Of a DNA stretch of 56,262 bases, positions 54,427-56,262 are shown piece by piece (positions within the stretch are counted from its first letter, which is position 1; each line of letters opens with the position of its first letter). Below the pieces are notes generated by a model that did not search any database, had not been told where the DNA came from, and worked only from the letters and a program-made list of their open reading frames with translations. Origin of the DNA: a virus (lineage: Duplodnaviria; Caudoviricetes); the IMG/VR virus record IMGVR_UViG_3300009506_000039, positions 1 to 56,262 of that record, one strand, 5' to 3'. A program made the translations under genes and the position numbers.

Positions 54427-56262
54427 ACGAAAGACGCGGCCCAGTGCGACTTGTGCCCGAGACTCTTGTCGACGCTGCGCGACGTCAAGCACATGCGGCG
54501 GGATATCTTGAGGCGATGGGCGACTACCGCGATCCGAACGACGATCCACAAGAGGGAACGATCATGCGCCAGGGTTATCGCCCTCTCGCAGAGTCGGGCG
54601 CTGTGCGCGGCTATGGCGACATAAACCAGAGCAAGATTCTTGCTCTCGTCTGGGACGCGTGGCTGCGCGACGCTATGGCTGCGCGCATGATCGAGCTCAA
54701 GAAAGATCATATCATCGGGGCGGGTGTGCGCCCCGAGTGCGAGTATGATGACTTGCGCGATCTCTTGTTCGAGTTCTGGGACGACAACAGTCTCGACGAG
54801 CGCGCGCCCAAGTTCGTCACACAGCTTTACCTTTTCGGCGATCAGTGTTTCTCTTGTCACACCCGAAAGTCAGACGGGCGCGTCCGCCTGGGCTATATTG
54901 ACCCCGATCAGATCGAGCGCGTGATCTCGCATCCTCAAAATGGGCTCGAAAAGTATGCCGTGGTCGTCAAAGAGCAGAGCGTCGACTCTGTCGACTCTTG
55001 GGCGTATCACGGCGAGGGCAAGCGCGTGTACCGCATAGCGCGTAAGGGTGACGCTGTACTTTATGACGACGGCGACGATCCCGAGGTCAAGCAAGCGCCC
55101 CCAGAGTTCGAGGGTAAGCTCTTGACAGCCGAGCAAGCTGCAAGTGCAGACTTGATCGAGCCCTGGGAGCTCGACATGCTTGCCAAGTTCGAGCGCGACG
55201 AGTACGACGGGACTGTTCTCTTGACGCAAGTCGGCAACCTTGCGAACATGGAGCGAGGCGTTCCTGATCTCGTGCGCTTTGTCGATCCGCTCTGGTCAAT
55301 CGAGCTCGTCGACGCTGCGCTTGTCGGACGCGAGGAGCTTGCCGCCCTGTTCTCATACGACGTGCTCATGAAAGGCGCGTCAGACGACGAGTGCAAAGCG
55401 CGCAGCGCAGAGATCGCGCTCAACCCGCCCGCGCGCGGGCGGGCGTTCGTGCATAATGAGAACGAGGAATGGGACCTCAAGACGCCCGATCTCAAGCAAT
55501 CGGGCAGCGTGCAGACGTCGGAGCACTTTATCACCAAAGTCATCGGCGAGGCGGGCTTTCCCCGCACGTGGTTTGGCCGAGGCGAGGGGGCGAACAGAGC
55601 CACAGCGCGGGAGATGCAGCGCCCGACATGGAAGTCTCTTGAGTCTGATCAGACAGACGTTGAGAACATGCTCCTGGCTATGTGCGCCTTTGTGCGCGAT
55701 CAGGCCGTGATCGCGGGCAAGCTCACGCTGCCCGAAAAGAACGAGGACTATGTCGTCACATTCCCCATGCCGGAAATGGCGACGCTCGACATGCAAGGCT
55801 TGAGTGCGGCGGCTTCACAGCTTGCCGACGCGCTGGGCAAAGCAGTCAAGGCGGGCTGGCTCACAGACTTGCGCGCGGCGTCTCTCTGGGCGCGACTCAT
55901 GGCCGAACTGGGCGAACAGTATGACGCCGATCAAGAGTTCGACGAGGCGCAGAAAGAGAAAGAAAAGCGCGCAGAGAAAGCGCAAGCGATCTTTGATCAA
56001 CAGAAGCAAGGCGACGACGACGAGAACAAGTCGCCCTTTGATCAGAACGGCGATCAGGTCGATCAGGACAACCCGCAAGATGGGCCACCCGGACAAGACG
56101 CCCCAGACGAGCAAGAGGCGATCTTAGCGCTCTCTCGTGATCCCCGATATAAGGACTTGATCAGGGTGCGCCCGACAAGCCGAGAGACGTGGCTCGATCG
56201 TGCCTGGGACGGCTGGACCGAGCTCGACTGGCGCAGACGGTACGAGGCGTCATGGGACTTGA
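54414..56262 (+). CDS. Portal protein (partial, runs off window)
   Basis: Not in the ORF track because it has no stop; RBS AAGGAG, ATG 54414; AARMIELKKDHIIGAGV...FWDDN...LYLFGDQ; frame still open at window end (~616 codons). Confidence 0.85.
   Translation, partial: MEPMNERRGPVRLVPETLVDAARRQAHAAGYLEAMGDYRDPNDDPQEGTIMRQGYRPLAESGAVRGYGDINQSKILALVWDAWLRDAMAARMIELKKDHIIGAGVRPECEYDDLRDLLFEFWDDNSLDERAPKFVTQLYLFGDQCFSCHTRKSDGRVRLGYIDPDQIERVISHPQNGLEKYAVVVKEQSVDSVDSWAYHGEGKRVYRIARKGDAVLYDDGDDPEVKQAPPEFEGKLLTAEQAASADLIEPWELDMLAKFERDEYDGTVLLTQVGNLANMERGVPDLVRFVDPLWSIELVDAALVGREELAALFSYDVLMKGASDDECKARSAEIALNPPARGRAFVHNENEEWDLKTPDLKQSGSVQTSEHFITKVIGEAGFPRTWFGRGEGANRATAREMQRPTWKSLESDQTDVENMLLAMCAFVRDQAVIAGKLTLPEKNEDYVVTFPMPEMATLDMQGLSAAASQLADALGKAVKAGWLTDLRAASLWARLMAELGEQYDADQEFDEAQKEKEKRAEKAQAIFDQQKQGDDDENKSPFDQNGDQVDQDNPQDGPPGQDAPDEQEAILALSRDPRYKDLIRVRPTSRETWLDRAWDGWTELDWRRRYEASWDL

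Larger units (their letters stand above)
1..56262. mobile_element. Tailed bacteriophage (siphovirus-like), probable phage-plasmid; near-complete genome lacking the capsid/protease region
   Basis: Terminase, portal, tail tube, frameshifted tail chaperone, tape measure and Dit/hub genes in canonical order; phage-type early genes; no host housekeeping genes; no integrase; ParM-type partition locus. Confidence 0.95.

Noticed and set aside
1-56262. Many long antisense or alternate-frame ORFs in the track (e.g. 16581-17693 -, 19664-20650 +, 30338-31384 +, 49267-50292 -)
   Set aside because: Shadow ORFs of real genes in GC-rich, stop-poor DNA; Arg/Ser/Ala-rich, no RBS and no motifs
1-56262. tRNA, rRNA, integrase/att sites, introns or inteins
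   Set aside because: No cloverleaf/T-loop signature, recombinase motifs or interrupted conserved genes seen by eye; not verified computationally

Overview
The window is most of the genome of a GC-rich (~60%) tailed dsDNA bacteriophage, siphovirus-like because it has a long tape measure and a tail tube but no sheath. It is cut inside the head module: it starts in head-decoration-type genes and ends inside the portal gene, so the major capsid protein and protease fall outside. Layout: 1-19.6 kb is a + strand virion module with a SAM methyltransferase and glycosyltransferase embedded among the neck/tail genes. 19.7-37.3 kb holds - strand early and DNA-metabolism genes (UvrD-like and DinG-like helicases, Sak4-like ATPase, ERCC4-like nuclease, MT-A70 methylase, GIY-YIG nuclease). 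37.5-42.7 kb is a + strand plasmid-like island (ParM actin, putative ParR, FtsK/TraB-like translocase, membrane proteins). 42.8-48.8 kb holds - strand early genes (Topo VI-A/Spo11-like Toprim protein, SprT-like protease). 49.2-56.3 kb is a + strand packaging region. I found no integrase, polymerase, endolysin, tRNA or CRISPR array; ParM without an integrase suggests a phage-plasmid. Best candidate for a new system: an operon just before the terminase encoding a ParB-like protein, an ABC-ATPase/GNAT pair joined by a -1 slippery site, PanD aspartate decarboxylase and a class III CoA-transferase. This looks like a self-contained beta-alanyl (aminoacyl)-CoA-dependent DNA hypermodification pathway. 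Also notable: the ParM/FtsK/membrane island, strong CC/GG depletion with a GG-free Shine-Dalgarno, a virion glycosylation cassette and a ~450 nt structured leader. All calls come from manual motif reading; no searches were run.
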